A stretch of DNA of 64,000 nt from Candidatus Uhrbacteria bacterium (lineage in GTDB: Bacteria; Patescibacteriota; Patescibacteriia; UBA9934; GWF2-40-263). Location of the stretch: contig JBAXQK010000002.1 of the NCBI GenBank assembly GCA_037131775.1, forward strand, positions 23,472-87,471. The letters are read 5' to 3'. Below the pieces are notes generated by a model. The model was not told where the DNA came from and did no database searches. It worked only from the letters and a program-made list of their open reading frames with translations. Of the stretch, positions 9,468-20,400 are shown one piece after another; position 1 is the stretch's first letter, and each line of letters opens with the position of its first letter. Both the position numbers and the translations under genes were made by a program.

Positions 9468-10727
9468 CTATTGTGCCTTTAATTCTTCAAGCGCCACGCT
9501 CAGGTCGAATGCCTCCTCGCCGCGCGCAACTTTCAGCGAAACCGTGTCTCCGGGATTGTACTGGCTGATGACGGAGCCGAGCGTCTGATGGTCGGTAAGC
9601 TTCTGGCCGTTCACGGACAGGATCACGTCCCCCTCCCTGATACCCGCCTTTTCCGCCGGAGAACCCGGAGAGACGGCCGGCTCGGTGGTCGGATCGTTTC
9701 CATACGTGACGTAGACGCCATAGTCCACGGACAGGTTCTCGTCCGACGCCAGCTGCTTGTCGACCTCGAGATAGCGCACGCCGAGCCACGGGCGAACGAT
9801 GCGTCCGAACTTCCCGATGTCGTCCACGATCTTCTTGACGTCGTTGATCGGAATCGCGAACCCGATGGACTGGCCGTCGTAGCTGACGGCCGAGTTGATG
9901 CCGATGACCTCGCCGAGCAGGTCGATGAGCGGACCGCCCGAGTTGCCCGGGTTGATCGCCGCGTCGGTCTGGATCGCGCGGTCGATCACCTCGTCGGAGC
10001 CATAGTCGTCGCCGGCGGTCACGCTGCGGTTGATTCCGGAGATGACGCCCTTCGTGACGGTATTGCGATACTCGGAAAGGGTGTTGCCGATGGCGATCAC
10101 CGTCGAGCCGATGCGAATCTTGTCGGAATCGCCAAGCGTCGCCACCGGATATCCGTCTCCCGCCACGTCGAGCACGGCGATATCAAGGAACGCGTCCCGC
10201 GCCACGACCTTCGCGGGAAGCTCGACGCCATCGTTCGTCACGACCGTGTAGGTTGCGCCGTCATCGCTCACCACGTGCCGGTTCGTGACGATGTAGCCGT
10301 CGGACGACATGAAGAACCCGGATCCGCCGCCGATCTCGACGAGCTCGTTCGGATCCTGGTTTGGCGGGATGTCCGGAAGGGGCGGCGCGTTGAGCGGGTC
10401 GAAAAAACCGGAGTTTGACTGGTTCGCCTCATCGGCCCGCACCGCGCCCCACGGCTTCTTGATGATGACGCTGACCACCGACGGGGCCACGGTATCCACC
10501 ACGGAGATACTCGCGCTCTCCTCCTCGATCATCTGGACGATGCGCCGGTCGGTCACAACGGAAGCCTTTGGGGTTCCGGATATTCGCGCCACGATGTCCG
10601 ACCCGTTGATGGCGCCCGTCATAAGAACGGCCCCGACCGCGCCGGAAACCGAGCCGATCACGGCGGCAAGCGCGACGGCGACGACGAGGATCGTCTGATG
10701 AATTCCCGATGGTCGCTTTGCATCCAT
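9468..10727 (-). CDS. htrA: HtrA/DegP-family serine protease with C-terminal PDZ domain
   Basis: The catalytic triad context (VTNRHVV, DIAVLDV, GNSGGPL) is present. It has an N-terminal TM anchor and a C-terminal PDZ domain. Confidence 0.85.
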   Translation of the reverse strand: MDAKRPSGIHQTILVVAVALAAVIGSVSGAVGAVLMTGAINGSDIVARISGTPKASVVTDRRIVQMIEEESASISVVDTVAPSVVSVIIKKPWGAVRADEANQSNSGFFDPLNAPPLPDIPPNQDPNELVEIGGGSGFFMSSDGYIVTNRHVVSDDGATYTVVTNDGVELPAKVVARDAFLDIAVLDVAGDGYPVATLGDSDKIRIGSTVIAIGNTLSEYRNTVTKGVISGINRSVTAGDDYGSDEVIDRAIQTDAAINPGNSGGPLIDLLGEVIGINSAVSYDGQSIGFAIPINDVKKIVDDIGKFGRIVRPWLGVRYLEVDKQLASDENLSVDYGVYVTYGNDPTTEPAVSPGSPAEKAGIREGDVILSVNGQKLTDHQTLGSVISQYNPGDTVSLKVARGEEAFDLSVALEELKAQ

Positions 10728-10729
10728 AG

Positions 10730-11206
10730 CTATTTTTTCTTTTTTCCCGCCTTCGGTGCTGCGATGAGCGAGCGCAGCAGCTCCTCGAACGTCTTCACGT
10801 CGTCAAACGACTGGTACACCGACGCGAACCGTATGTACGCCACCTTGTCGAACGCCTTCAGTTGCTTCATGAGAAGCTCGCCAATGTCCTTCGCCGTCAG
10901 TTCCCCGCGCCGCTTCTTCTGGATGTCGCGCTCGATCTTGTGCACGATCTGCCGCAAATCGGCCTCCGTGTACGGCCGCTTTTCCAACGACTTCTCCAAC
11001 CCCTTGATCAACTTGTCCCGCGAATAGCTCTCCCGCCTCCCGTCCCGCTTCACCACGGTCAGGTCCAGCAGTTCCATTTCCTCGAGCGTCGAAAACCGAA
11101 ACTCGCACTTCTCGCACTCGCGTCGACGCCGAATGTTCATCCCGTCGGTGGATAACCGGGAGTCGACGACCTTCGTGTCGGAATTGTTGCAGACGGGACA
11201 GCGCAT
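10730..11206 (-). CDS. nrdR: transcriptional repressor NrdR
   Basis: Starts MRCPVCNN with the zinc ribbon CPVC...CEKC, followed by an ATP-cone. The longer track ORF N-terminus is repeat read-through. Confidence 0.9.
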   Translation of the reverse strand: MRCPVCNNSDTKVVDSRLSTDGMNIRRRRECEKCEFRFSTLEEMELLDLTVVKRDGRRESYSRDKLIKGLEKSLEKRPYTEADLRQIVHKIERDIQKKRRGELTAKDIGELLMKQLKAFDKVAYIRFASVYQSFDDVKTFEELLRSLIAAPKAGKKKK

Positions 11207-11213
11207 AAAAAAA

Positions 11214-11290
11214 GTGGTGGAGTGATGGAGTGGTGGAGTGGTGGAGTTTAACACTCAATCACTCAATCACTTCATCACTCCATCACTATT
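11214..11290. repeat. family-A palindromic repeat element (two arms of 8-mer units around loop TTAACA)
   Basis: GGTGGAGTGATGGAGTGGTGGAGTGGTGGAGT ... CTCAATCACTCAATCACTTCATCACTCCATCACT was seen. It lies between the ftsZ stop and the nrdR start. Confidence 0.75.
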
Positions 11291-11295
11291 ATACA

Positions 11296-12648
11296 CTACA
11301 TCATCTTCTTCCGGATAAACGCCGGGATCTCGATCTCCTCTTCCTCGGTTTGCTGCTTCTGCTGCGCCATCGGCTGCGGCGGAGGCGGCATGTACTGGGA
11401 GCTCGTCGGGGCCTGGCGCGCCTGGAAGCTCGGGGCACCGCTCTGCTGGATCGGGCTGCTCATGGTCGGCAGCGCGTACGACGGCTGGACGTATGCCGGC
11501 TGTGGCTGCTGGACCGGCATCGGCGGCGGCATCATCGGGCGCATGGGAGCCGGCTGGGGCTGCGGCTGAGGATAGCTTACCGGGGCCTTCTGCTGACGAC
11601 GGGCCTGGTCGTCTTCGCGAACGCGGAGCGGGGCCGGGGTCCAGGTGTTCTGGGCCGGGATCTCGACCACTCCGGGGGCGGCCATGCGTCGGTCGCGCGA
11701 GTCAAATCCCGTGGCAACGACGGTGATGCGAACCTCCTCGCCCATGCTCTCGTCGATGTTGGCGCCGAAGATGACGCGCGCGTCCTCGTCGGCCGAGCCG
11801 GTGATGATCTTGGCGGCCTCCGCGACCTCGTGCATGCCGAGGTCCGTTCCGCCCGTGATCGTGAACAGGATCCCCTTGGCGCCGTCGATGGCGACCTCGA
11901 GGAGCGGTGAGGCGATCGCCTGCTTGGCGGCCTCCACGGCGCGGTTCTCGCCGGTGGCGCGGCCGATGCCCATGAGCGCGGAGCCGGAGTTCTGCATGAT
12001 GGCCTTCACGTCGGCGAAGTCGACGTTGATGAGTCCCGGGATGGTGATGAGCTCGGAGATTCCCTGCACGCCCTGGCGGAGCACGTCGTCCACCACCTTG
12101 AACGCGTCGAGGAGCGAGGTCTTCTTGTCGATGATCTGGAGCACGCGGTCGTTCGGGATGGTAATGATCGTGTCCACGTACTGGAGAAGCTGCTGATACC
12201 CTTCCTCGGCGATGCGTCGGCGCTGGGCGCCCTCGAACGAGAATGGCTTCGTGACCACGGCGATGGTAAGCGCGCCGATTTCCTTCGCGACCTTCGCCAC
12301 CTCCGGCGTTGCCCCCGTTCCGGTTCCGCCTCCGAGCCCGCACGTCACGAACACCATGTCCGCGCCGTTGAGCACCGTGCGAATCTCGTTGACGCTTTCC
12401 TCGGCCGCGTGTCGACCGACTTCCGGGTTCATGCCGGCGCCAAGGCCGCGCGTTACCGTCTTTCCGATCGGAATCTTGTTCGGCGCGAGATTCTGATGGA
12501 GCGCCTGCACGTCCGTATTCACGACGATAAACTCGACGCCCTTGATCTTGTCCGAAATCATGCGGTTCACCGCCGCGCCTCCGCCCCCACCAATGCCAAC
12601 CACCTTGATCTTGGCAAACGTCTCAATGTCGGGTTTCACTTCGGCCAT
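11296..12648 (-). CDS. ftsZ: cell division GTPase FtsZ with long Pro/Gln-rich C-terminal linker
   Basis: The tubulin motif GGGTGTG is present. The protein is 450 aa with a C-terminal conserved peptide. Confidence 0.95.
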   Translation of the reverse strand: MAEVKPDIETFAKIKVVGIGGGGGAAVNRMISDKIKGVEFIVVNTDVQALHQNLAPNKIPIGKTVTRGLGAGMNPEVGRHAAEESVNEIRTVLNGADMVFVTCGLGGGTGTGATPEVAKVAKEIGALTIAVVTKPFSFEGAQRRRIAEEGYQQLLQYVDTIITIPNDRVLQIIDKKTSLLDAFKVVDDVLRQGVQGISELITIPGLINVDFADVKAIMQNSGSALMGIGRATGENRAVEAAKQAIASPLLEVAIDGAKGILFTITGGTDLGMHEVAEAAKIITGSADEDARVIFGANIDESMGEEVRITVVATGFDSRDRRMAAPGVVEIPAQNTWTPAPLRVREDDQARRQQKAPVSYPQPQPQPAPMRPMMPPPMPVQQPQPAYVQPSYALPTMSSPIQQSGAPSFQARQAPTSSQYMPPPPQPMAQQKQQTEEEEIEIPAFIRKKMM

Positions 12649-12727
12649 ATAGGTGGGATCAGCGTGTTCAAGGTGAGCAAAGGAATTGTTCGAGGGCTCG
12701 GGATGTGAACACGGGGATTATGGGGAT

Positions 12728-12756
12728 ACTTTAGGTTGATGGGGACGTGATGTCAA
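12728..12756 (-). promoter_or_regulatory. candidate ftsZ promoter (TTGACA-17-TAAAGT)
   Basis: On the minus strand, a consensus -35 and a moderate -10 sit about 70 nt upstream of the ftsZ ATG. They partly overlap the family-B palindrome. Confidence 0.3.
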
Positions 12757-12765
12757 GGAGAAAAT

Positions 12766-12884
12766 GGATACGAAGCAACGAATTTCCTACCAAACTACGA
12801 AACAACAAAACGCTACAAAATACAGTGAATTTGTAGCGTTTTAAAATTCTGTAGTTTGGTAGCGGATTCGTGGATTGGTATCCC
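12766..12884. repeat. family-B long imperfect palindrome (GGATACGAA...CTACCAAACTACGAAAC // GTAGTTTGGTAG...TTGGTATCC)
   Basis: About 118 bp in the ftsA-ftsZ intergenic region. Half-copies occur at 16651 and 59596. Confidence 0.7.
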
Positions 12885-12888
12885 TTCG

Positions 12889-14151
12889 TCACGGCTTCAA
12901 CGACTTCAGCATTTTCTTGAATCCGCTCGTCCACTTATCCACACCCTTGAACTTGGCGAGGATGTTCCCGAACCGCCCGCCGTCGCCCGCCGTCTTCACG
13001 TTTTGTCCCCAAAGCACCAGTCCGATCGCCGTGGACATGGCCGGGTCGTGGGCACGCTCGATGACGGAGGAAATCCCGATCGGCGTCCCGAGCGAAACGG
13101 GGAGACGCAGCACGTCCTTCGCGATCTCGAGGATCCCGCACAGCTTCGCGCAGCCGCCGGTCAGCACCATGCCTGCCGGAAGCATCCCGGAGCGCTCGAC
13201 CTTCTTCAGCTCGCGGTCGACCATCTGAAAAATTTCCTCGATCCTCGCCTCGGTAATGTCGGCGACGAATCGGCGTCCGACGGCCTCGGATTCCGTCGCG
13301 CCGAAGTCGGCAAGGTCAATCTCGTCCTTCTTCGAGACCTCGTCGGGACGGCAGGTCGCGCAGTGCAGCTTCACCTGCTCCGCGACCTCGAGCGACGTCC
13401 GAAGCCCGAGCGCGATGTCGTTCGTGACGTGCGCTCCGCCGACGGGAAGGACGGCCGTGTGCAGTACCTCGCCCTCCTCGTACACGGCGACGCTGGTGGT
13501 AGACGCCCCGATGTTCACGACGCAGACCCCGAGTTCCTTCTGGCGATTCGTCACGACCGCCTCGGCCGTCGCCAATACCGAGTACACGAGGTCCTCGATG
13601 TCGAGCCCGGTCCGGTACACGCACTTGGTCAGATTCTTGATCTGCGACGAAAGTCCCTGGATGATCAGCGCGTCCACTTCCAGACGGATCCCGTTCATGC
13701 CGATCGCGTCCTTGATGCCGCGCTGGCCGTCGACGATGAACGTCTTCGGGATCACGTGGAGAATCTCGTAGTTGGTCGGCGTCGCGACCGTCCTTGCCGC
13801 CTCGATGGCGCGCTCCACGTCCTCCTCGCGGATCTCGCCGTCCGAGCGCGACACGCCCACGACGCCGCGGCTTTCCTGCGAGATGATATGGCTTCCCGAG
13901 ATGGCGACCCAGGCTGACGCGAGCGGGAGGCCGGTCAGCCGTTCTGCCTGTTCGAGCGCCTTGGATACCGAAGACACCGCGTCCTCGATCCCGGTGATCG
14001 TCCCGCGGTTCACGCCCATGCTCGGCACCTCGACGGCCCCGATGACATGCACCTGTGATTTTCCGTCGGCCGCGGACGGAACGCCCTTTCCAACCGCGAC
14101 GCGGATGGCGTGCGACCCAATGTCGAGACCAACGTAGATATCTTCGGCCAT
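12889..14151 (-). CDS. ftsA: cell division protein FtsA
   Basis: The true start is MAEDIYVGLDIGS at 14151. The protein has an actin-like fold and a C-terminal amphipathic helix. Confidence 0.9.
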   Translation of the reverse strand: MAEDIYVGLDIGSHAIRVAVGKGVPSAADGKSQVHVIGAVEVPSMGVNRGTITGIEDAVSSVSKALEQAERLTGLPLASAWVAISGSHIISQESRGVVGVSRSDGEIREEDVERAIEAARTVATPTNYEILHVIPKTFIVDGQRGIKDAIGMNGIRLEVDALIIQGLSSQIKNLTKCVYRTGLDIEDLVYSVLATAEAVVTNRQKELGVCVVNIGASTTSVAVYEEGEVLHTAVLPVGGAHVTNDIALGLRTSLEVAEQVKLHCATCRPDEVSKKDEIDLADFGATESEAVGRRFVADITEARIEEIFQMVDRELKKVERSGMLPAGMVLTGGCAKLCGILEIAKDVLRLPVSLGTPIGISSVIERAHDPAMSTAIGLVLWGQNVKTAGDGGRFGNILAKFKGVDKWTSGFKKMLKSLKP

Positions 14152-14161
14152 AGTGATGAGA

Positions 14162-14530
14162 TTATAGCACAGTCTCGACGAAGTACGGCCAGAAGATGAC
14201 GATTCCCGCAACGAGGGAGACGATCGAGGCAATGAGGACGGCCCCGGCCATGATGTCCTTGATGTCGCGGACGATCGGATGAATGCGAGGCTGGAAGCTG
14301 TCGACGAGCCGTTCAAAAATGGTGTTGACGATCTCCAGCGTGAGGACGGCGCCGATCAGCAGGAGGATAATGAGAAACTGGTTGGTGGAGATTCGATAGA
14401 TCGCCGCGAGGACGATTGCCGCGACCGCGCCGCAGACCTGGATGCGAAACGACTGTTCTGCCTTGAAGACAACGGACACGCCTCGCAGTGCGTGCCGCAC
14501 GCTTGAACACAAATTTTGTATGTGGATCAT
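14162..14530 (-). CDS. dgkA: diacylglycerol/undecaprenol kinase (DgkA family)
   Basis: 122 aa with 3 TM segments. The E..N.IE..VD motif (EIVNTIFERLVD) is present. It overlaps ybeY by 4 nt. Confidence 0.8.
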   Translation of the reverse strand: MIHIQNLCSSVRHALRGVSVVFKAEQSFRIQVCGAVAAIVLAAIYRISTNQFLIILLLIGAVLTLEIVNTIFERLVDSFQPRIHPIVRDIKDIMAGAVLIASIVSLVAGIVIFWPYFVETVL

Positions 14531-14949
14531 ATTCGAGTGTCAACACCGAGTGTTGACAGGATGCGCGTCTGGCGCGGAAACATCTTCTTCGCGTCTTTCG
14601 GCTCGATATGGTCGTATCCGAACGTATGCAGAATACCGTGGACGATCAGGAACACCAGCTCGTCGCGCGTCGAATGCCCCATCTCCTTCGCCTGCCGGAC
14701 GGCCTGCGGATAGCAGAGCAGGATCTCGTTCGACGTCTCAAAAGAAAGCACATCGGTCACGTAGTCGTGCCCGCGCCACTTCTTGTTCAAGGCCCGCATC
14801 TCGCGCTCGCCAACGAACGCGATCGAGAGTTCGACGTCCTTCCGCGGCTTCAGCTCCGCGTCGCAAGCCGCCAGCGCCCTGGCAACCAAAGCGTGCGGCA
14901 GGCACTGGCCCCCTCGCAGCTTCGATTGATTTATCTCGAAGGAAATCAC
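14527..14949 (-). CDS. ybeY: rRNA maturation endoribonuclease YbeY
   Basis: The metal-binding motif HGILHTFGYDH is present. Confidence 0.9.
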   Translation of the reverse strand: MISFEINQSKLRGGQCLPHALVARALAACDAELKPRKDVELSIAFVGEREMRALNKKWRGHDYVTDVLSFETSNEILLCYPQAVRQAKEMGHSTRDELVFLIVHGILHTFGYDHIEPKDAKKMFPRQTRILSTLGVDTRI

Positions 14950-15986
14950 AGCCAGGTCACGCTATTGATCATCATCTTGAACGTCTGGAGATAGTCGACG
15001 GTCGCCTTGGCCGCCGTGGCCATCTTGATCGTCATGACGAAATCGGTCCCAAGGACATAGCCGGTCAACTGGTCCTCGCTGATAAATATCTGGTAACCGT
15101 TCTTCGTGACCGTCTTCGTGACGGCCGCCGTCAGCCCCTGGGCCTTGTACCATGCGGAAAGGTCGGAGACGAGGGCTCCTCCCCCCTTCGCGAGCGCGAT
15201 CGTAACGGTCTCTCCGGTGGTCGACACGATCGTGACCGGGCTGTCATTCGATTCCGACACGGCCGGCTTGACCGACCAGACCGCGGGATAAAACAGGGAG
15301 TAGGACAGATTGCCCGGAAGTTCGCGCGTAGAGACGGTCGGCCCTTGGTATACCTTCACGAGTCCTGCGGCATAAAGCGTTCCCGGGGACGTCCCTGCCG
15401 GGTTGTAGCGGTGGTACACCTCGTTCCCGTCCAGGAATCCGTCGGAGTCCGTGTCCGGAAGCTTCGGGTTCGTTCCATAGATGAGCGTCTCTTCCAGGTC
15501 GGACAGTCCGTCGGAGTCCGTGTCCTTTCCCGGGGCGACCGCCGTCGGGAACGGGCTTTCCGCGGGCTTGGGAGTCTCGACCGGCTTGGGAGTCTCGACG
15601 GGCTTGGGCGTGGGCTTCGGGACGGGGGTCGGCTTCACGACAGCCACCGGGACCTCGACGGGCTTCGCGACCGGCTTCTGCGTCCCGCTCACGATGACAA
15701 TTGCCGCGACGATGAGACCGACGATCAGGATTCCTCCCGCGCCGATCATGATTTTCATCCCCTTCGAGAGTTTCTTTTTCTTCGGCACCCCTGCGACGGC
15801 CGGATTCGCGGCAACCACCGGCGGAGCCGTCACGGGACGAGCCGCCGCTGCCGGAACCGCCATCTTCTTCCCCGTCGCGCCGTGCCGATATTCCTCCGGC
15901 ATCACGAACATCGCCGGTTCCGCGAGGGGAACGGTCGAGGTCAGCGGTTTCTCCAACTGTTGTTGAGGATTCGGCGCGTCAGACAT
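14946..15986 (-). CDS. type-II membrane protein with Pro/Val-rich stalk and TSP3-like Asp-rich repeats (paralog A)
   Basis: A single TM segment is followed by repeats DTDSDGLSDLEE and NPKLPDTDSDGFLDGNEVYHRYNP, then a C-terminal beta domain. Confidence 0.6.
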   Translation of the reverse strand: MSDAPNPQQQLEKPLTSTVPLAEPAMFVMPEEYRHGATGKKMAVPAAAARPVTAPPVVAANPAVAGVPKKKKLSKGMKIMIGAGGILIVGLIVAAIVIVSGTQKPVAKPVEVPVAVVKPTPVPKPTPKPVETPKPVETPKPAESPFPTAVAPGKDTDSDGLSDLEETLIYGTNPKLPDTDSDGFLDGNEVYHRYNPAGTSPGTLYAAGLVKVYQGPTVSTRELPGNLSYSLFYPAVWSVKPAVSESNDSPVTIVSTTGETVTIALAKGGGALVSDLSAWYKAQGLTAAVTKTVTKNGYQIFISEDQLTGYVLGTDFVMTIKMATAAKATVDYLQTFKMMINSVTWL

Positions 15987-15998
15987 ATGAAAGGTTCG

Positions 15999-16640
15999 TT
16001 ACGGGGTGGTGGTCGTTCCAAAAAGTTTTCCAGGGCCGTTCGGATTGTATCCCTTCTTCACCTCGGCGCCGTCGAGATACGTGTCGCCGTCGGTATCCGG
16101 GTTCAGCGGGTTCGTGTGATAGGTGTAAACCTCCTCCTTGTCGAACAGCCCGTCCGCGTCCGTGTCCGCAGAGGTCGGGCTCGTGCCAAGCTTGGCTTCC
16201 TCCGAGTCAGTCAGCCCGTCCTTGTCGCGGTCGACGATATCGGACATCGGCTTCGGCCCGTCCGTCACCACGTCCGGGACAACCGCGGCGTCATTCGAAA
16301 CGACGGGCGCCGGCTTCGTAACGACCGGAGGAGTCACGGCAGCCGGCGGAGTCACGATCGCTGGAGCGGCGACCGTCGACGTATCGGGCTCCACGGGAAC
16401 GGACGATCCCTTTGCCGCGAGCATGAAGTACGCGATGGCCCCCGCCGCGCCGACCACGACCAGGACCGTGGCGACGATAACGATCGGCTTCCACGAAACG
16501 GACCGAGGCGCGAACGGCATCGAATCCGATACGGGCATCGCCGGCGTCTCCGGAAGGTCTTTGGGAACTAGCGCAGACGGAGGGGCGATCGGCTCGACGT
16601 TAGCGAAGATATCCTCGGGGGGTTTAACATTCTCGAACAT
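15999..16640 (-). CDS. type-II membrane protein with TSP3-like Asp-rich repeats (paralog B)
   Basis: TM segment followed by DRDKDGLTDSEE and NPLNPDTDGDTYLDGAEVKKGYNPNGPGKL. Confidence 0.6.
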   Translation of the reverse strand: MFENVKPPEDIFANVEPIAPPSALVPKDLPETPAMPVSDSMPFAPRSVSWKPIVIVATVLVVVGAAGAIAYFMLAAKGSSVPVEPDTSTVAAPAIVTPPAAVTPPVVTKPAPVVSNDAAVVPDVVTDGPKPMSDIVDRDKDGLTDSEEAKLGTSPTSADTDADGLFDKEEVYTYHTNPLNPDTDGDTYLDGAEVKKGYNPNGPGKLFGTTTTP

Positions 16641-16650
16641 ATGGGAAGGT

Positions 16651-16688
16651 GGATACGAACCTACGAATTAGCTACGAAACTACGAACC
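16651..16688. repeat. family-B half-copy
   Basis: GGATACGAACCTACGAATTAGCTACGAAACTACGAACC was seen between the TSP3 paralogs B and C. It overlaps the stop of paralog C. Confidence 0.6.
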
Positions 16689-17489
16689 GAGTTTTCCGGC
16701 GCCGTTCGGGTTGTATCCGCCGTCGATCTCCACCTTGTCGGAGTAGCCGTCGCCGTCGGTGTCGGGATTCGTATCTGATGATCCGTATGACCGCTCCTCG
16801 TCCGCCATGAGCCCGTCAAGGTCAACGTCTCCGGTCCCAACAAGATCCGCGCAACGGCTCTGTTCCGTCTCATCGGAGAGCTCCAAGCATTTGCTCGGAT
16901 CCTTTGCCGCCACCGCCGCTTCGAACTGAGCGAGCTTGTCACAGACCGTCTGATCCGTTCCACGTTCCACACAGTTGGCCTCGGTAAGCGGACCGTCGAC
17001 CGAATTCCTGCATCCGTCTTGTTTGGCCGCGTCCTGAACCTTGTCGCAGAAAGAGGGGTCTTTCTGCGAGAGGGCAAGACGAACGTTGATCTGGTCGGAG
17101 CACATCTTCGCACGTTCGACGTCGGAAATCGCCGCGCAGCTCTCCGGATCCTCTCTGTCCTTTGCGACGGTCCAGACACAGGAGTCATGATCGGATCCAG
17201 TCAGCTGTTCGCAGACGGTCGACGCGCCGGTCGCCTTGGCCGCGAGCAACACCTTCTTGTTTCGACACTCCTCTGGGTCCGGTTCCTGAGCGCACCCAGC
17301 CAATGACGACGCAAGTTGCGTCTCAATGCGATCCATGTTCTGTGAAGCAATCTCCACTTTTTGGCGACTGCGCACGAACAGAACGGCCCCGATGATCAGC
17401 GCGACCGCAACTACCGCCGCCCCCGCAACGAGGGCGACGATTTTCCATGGCGGACGCGTCGAATCGGATGTTTGGTCGAAGCCGTTCAT
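16680..17489 (-). CDS. type-II membrane protein with Cys-rich region and TSP3-like repeats (paralog C)
   Basis: TM segment, a 12-Cys extracellular region, and a C-terminal NPDTDGDGYSDKVEIDGGYNPNGAGKL. Confidence 0.6.
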   Translation of the reverse strand: MNGFDQTSDSTRPPWKIVALVAGAAVVAVALIIGAVLFVRSRQKVEIASQNMDRIETQLASSLAGCAQEPDPEECRNKKVLLAAKATGASTVCEQLTGSDHDSCVWTVAKDREDPESCAAISDVERAKMCSDQINVRLALSQKDPSFCDKVQDAAKQDGCRNSVDGPLTEANCVERGTDQTVCDKLAQFEAAVAAKDPSKCLELSDETEQSRCADLVGTGDVDLDGLMADEERSYGSSDTNPDTDGDGYSDKVEIDGGYNPNGAGKLGS

Positions 17490-17493
17490 AGGA

Positions 17494-20400
17494 TTATGGT
17501 GCGGGACAATACGTGAAGTTGATGTTACTGAAGGTTACATATCCGGTTCCAGTAAAGGTCGTGGACATCGGGATGGACATGTCCGACCCGGTGCACTGGA
17601 AATCCGGCGGAAACGGAAGCGTCTTGTCATTGCCGTCCGAAACGTTTCCAGTCGTCGTCACGGACGTCCCGGTCGAAGATTCCGTCGTAAGTCCGACGGT
17701 CACATTGATGATCGAGCTGATAATCGAATCGTACATCCCGGCCACGCCGTCCTCGTCCTGGGCAGAGAACGCGTATGTGCCTGTCGTGCAGTCGTTGATA
17801 TCCGCATACAGATGTCCACACGTTTCGCTGGACATGTGTGCCATATACGATGCGTATACGTCGTCGGTCGTCGCCGTTATCGCGGCCGTGTAGACGCTGA
17901 CGTCACCGCTTCCGCGGACGGCTCCATTCTCATCGTCGGCCGAACAGGTGCTCAGCAGTCCTTTGTCGACCTGTTTTGTACAGCAGTAGTAATTGGACGT
18001 TGTTTCGTCATCGAGGGTGGTCGAGGCATCGTTGCCGCAGCTCGGATGCGTTGTACCATCCTCGCACACTCCGGCGGTGGTAGAGTTCGTACACATCGTA
18101 CTCGTCTTACTGATGTAGGTCTGTCCATCCGACAAAAGAATGATCAGTTTCACGTCAGCGGAGGATGCATCAAGCTCAGTAATCGCCGCCTTCATCCCCT
18201 GATAGATTGGCGGCCCCCAGCCAAGGTCTGACTCAAGCGCGTATCCTTCAACGGTTGCGATGAGATCATTTTCATCCATCGACCCGAGCGCCGCGTCGAT
18301 CGTATACCCATCCCCGCCATAAACGCCGGATCTAACTGCGGAACTTCCAATTCGCATGAGTCCGACTTGCAAATCGCCGGACGAGAGCGAGTCATAGAGC
18401 GTTTGAATGGCAGTAGACTCCGACGCACTGACGATATCCATGCGGCTATATCCCGACGGAGGAGTAGACGTACACGTTCCACCGGTCCCGCACTCAGAAG
18501 AAGTTGTGCAGTCCGTCCCGACGACGGCGGTTCCCGCTCCGTCACAATGATTATTCCCATCGACCCAGTCGCCCATGGTTCCCGTATAATCCGTAATGAA
18601 GTACACGGCCACGCTCGGCGGGGTCACGTTCGAGGTCGTGTCTACGTCGGCCGTGATCTGGGTTCCCACGCTGCATGCCGGGATGTACAGGACGGCGCTG
18701 TCCGGGTTCAAGTCAGAGTCGGACGGGTAGCTGTAGAGGTTGATGGTATCCGACGCCGTTCCGCCCGCCTCGCTGGTCTGGCCGAGGACGGAAACGGTCT
18801 GGTAGCTGAACGGGCAGGAGGTGGAGCAGGTAGAGTCGCAGGTTGGGACGACGCATTCCGAATCCGCCCCGCAGGCGTTCCTGTCCTCCGTCGTGCTCGT
18901 GTGACCGGAAACGACCGTGCAGCGTTCGCCTTGCTTGGATCCTCCATTGCACACCCCAAGCTCGCGACAGGTGAAACCGGAATCGCATCCCGCCGAAGAG
19001 CCTTCCGTTCCTTCATTGACGGAACCGCACGTTCCGCCGAGGTCCGTCGCGCTGGTGCCACCCTCGCCGTCCGCGTTGTCGAAGCAGTAAAACGGAATGT
19101 CCGCCCCGTCGCACAGCTCCGTGCCATTGATCGCGCCGTCGCCGCAGTAGGCGCCCGACTTGGTCTTGTACTGGCAGTTGATGGTGCAGTAGTGGCACAT
19201 CCCCTCGTAGACGGCCGTACAGTCGTCGCCGTTGAGCGATCCGTCGTCGCAGGATTCCACCCCGGAATAAACGAGCTCGTCGCCGCAGACGTTCGCCTTG
19301 CAGTCGTTGGTGCAGGCGTCGGTGTTGTCGGTGTTACCGTCGTCGCAGACCTCGGTGCCGTCGACCGTGCCGTTGCCGCAATAGTCGGCGCTGACGCATG
19401 CGGTCCAGGTTCCCCAGGTGCAGGCGGACGTCGAGCAGGTTTGGGAACGGGCGAGGTCGTAGACGACCGTTCCGCAAGAACCGTTGCCGTCCGCGAGGTT
19501 AATGGCGTCGCAGGACGTTCCGTCGACCTTCAGGCCGGTCGAACTGTCGCAGATGCTACCGGAGTCAATGTCGGTGATCGAGTCGGCGTTTCCATCCGTC
19601 GCGCACACCGTGCTCGATCCGCACGACGCTCCGCCGTCGCCGCAGGAAGAACCGTCGGTGCAGTCCGCGTTCGTCGTGCATTCCGTTGCGTCCGCGCACA
19701 GTGCCCCGGACCATTTCTGATAGCCGCCGTCGCACTGCTCGGACCCATTCACCTCCCCGTCACCGCAGCTCGGGCCGGGGCTCTTGCAGTCGTAGGAGCA
19801 CGTTCCGGTCGGGCTGGTGGCGTACTGTCCGTTCGAAACCGCGCAATGGTTGAGCCGTGCCCAGCTCGGGGTCGTATCATACATGACCGCCGTGAAGTTC
19901 GCCGAAACGCCGCAGTCGCACTGCTCGCCGCCGGCAAGGTAACCGTCGCCGCAGGAAAAGGCGGAAGTGAGGGTGCAGTCATCGCCGCAGTGGCCGTAGG
20001 TCCCGTTAAGAGACCCATCGTCGCAGGTCTCGGTCGCGCCGTCCACGACGCCGTTGCCGCAGGAGTACGGCGTACAGACGCCGCCCGCGGCGACCGCGGT
20101 CGTCTCGTCCTGGAACGCGGAGCAGTCGGATAGGCACGTTGCAAGCATCGTTCCTGCCACGCCGTCAGAATCCGTACAGTCGACGGTCGTCGTGTCCCCG
20201 ATCTCGCACGCCTCGTATCCCTCGGCGGACGGATCTGTTTCCTTCGTATTCACTACCCCGTCGCCACAGATCGACGACGTTCCAAGGGTCACGCCGTAGC
20301 AGAATGCGGCCGGGTCCGTAGAAGAGACGAAGTTCGTCGGCGAGGCCGTGCCGGACGGGTGGTACTCCGCGGTCACCGTGCCAAGCGTGGACGGATTAAG

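Noticed and set aside
11213-11292. Possible CRISPR array because of short tandem direct repeats
   Set aside because: The units are 8-mers arranged as an inverted pair with no spacers. There is no cas gene and no regular repeat-spacer periodicity. It is a palindromic REP-like element.
12731-12934. 67-aa ORF in the ftsA-ftsZ spacer
   Set aside because: It lies entirely within the family-B palindrome and has AT-rich low-complexity sequence.
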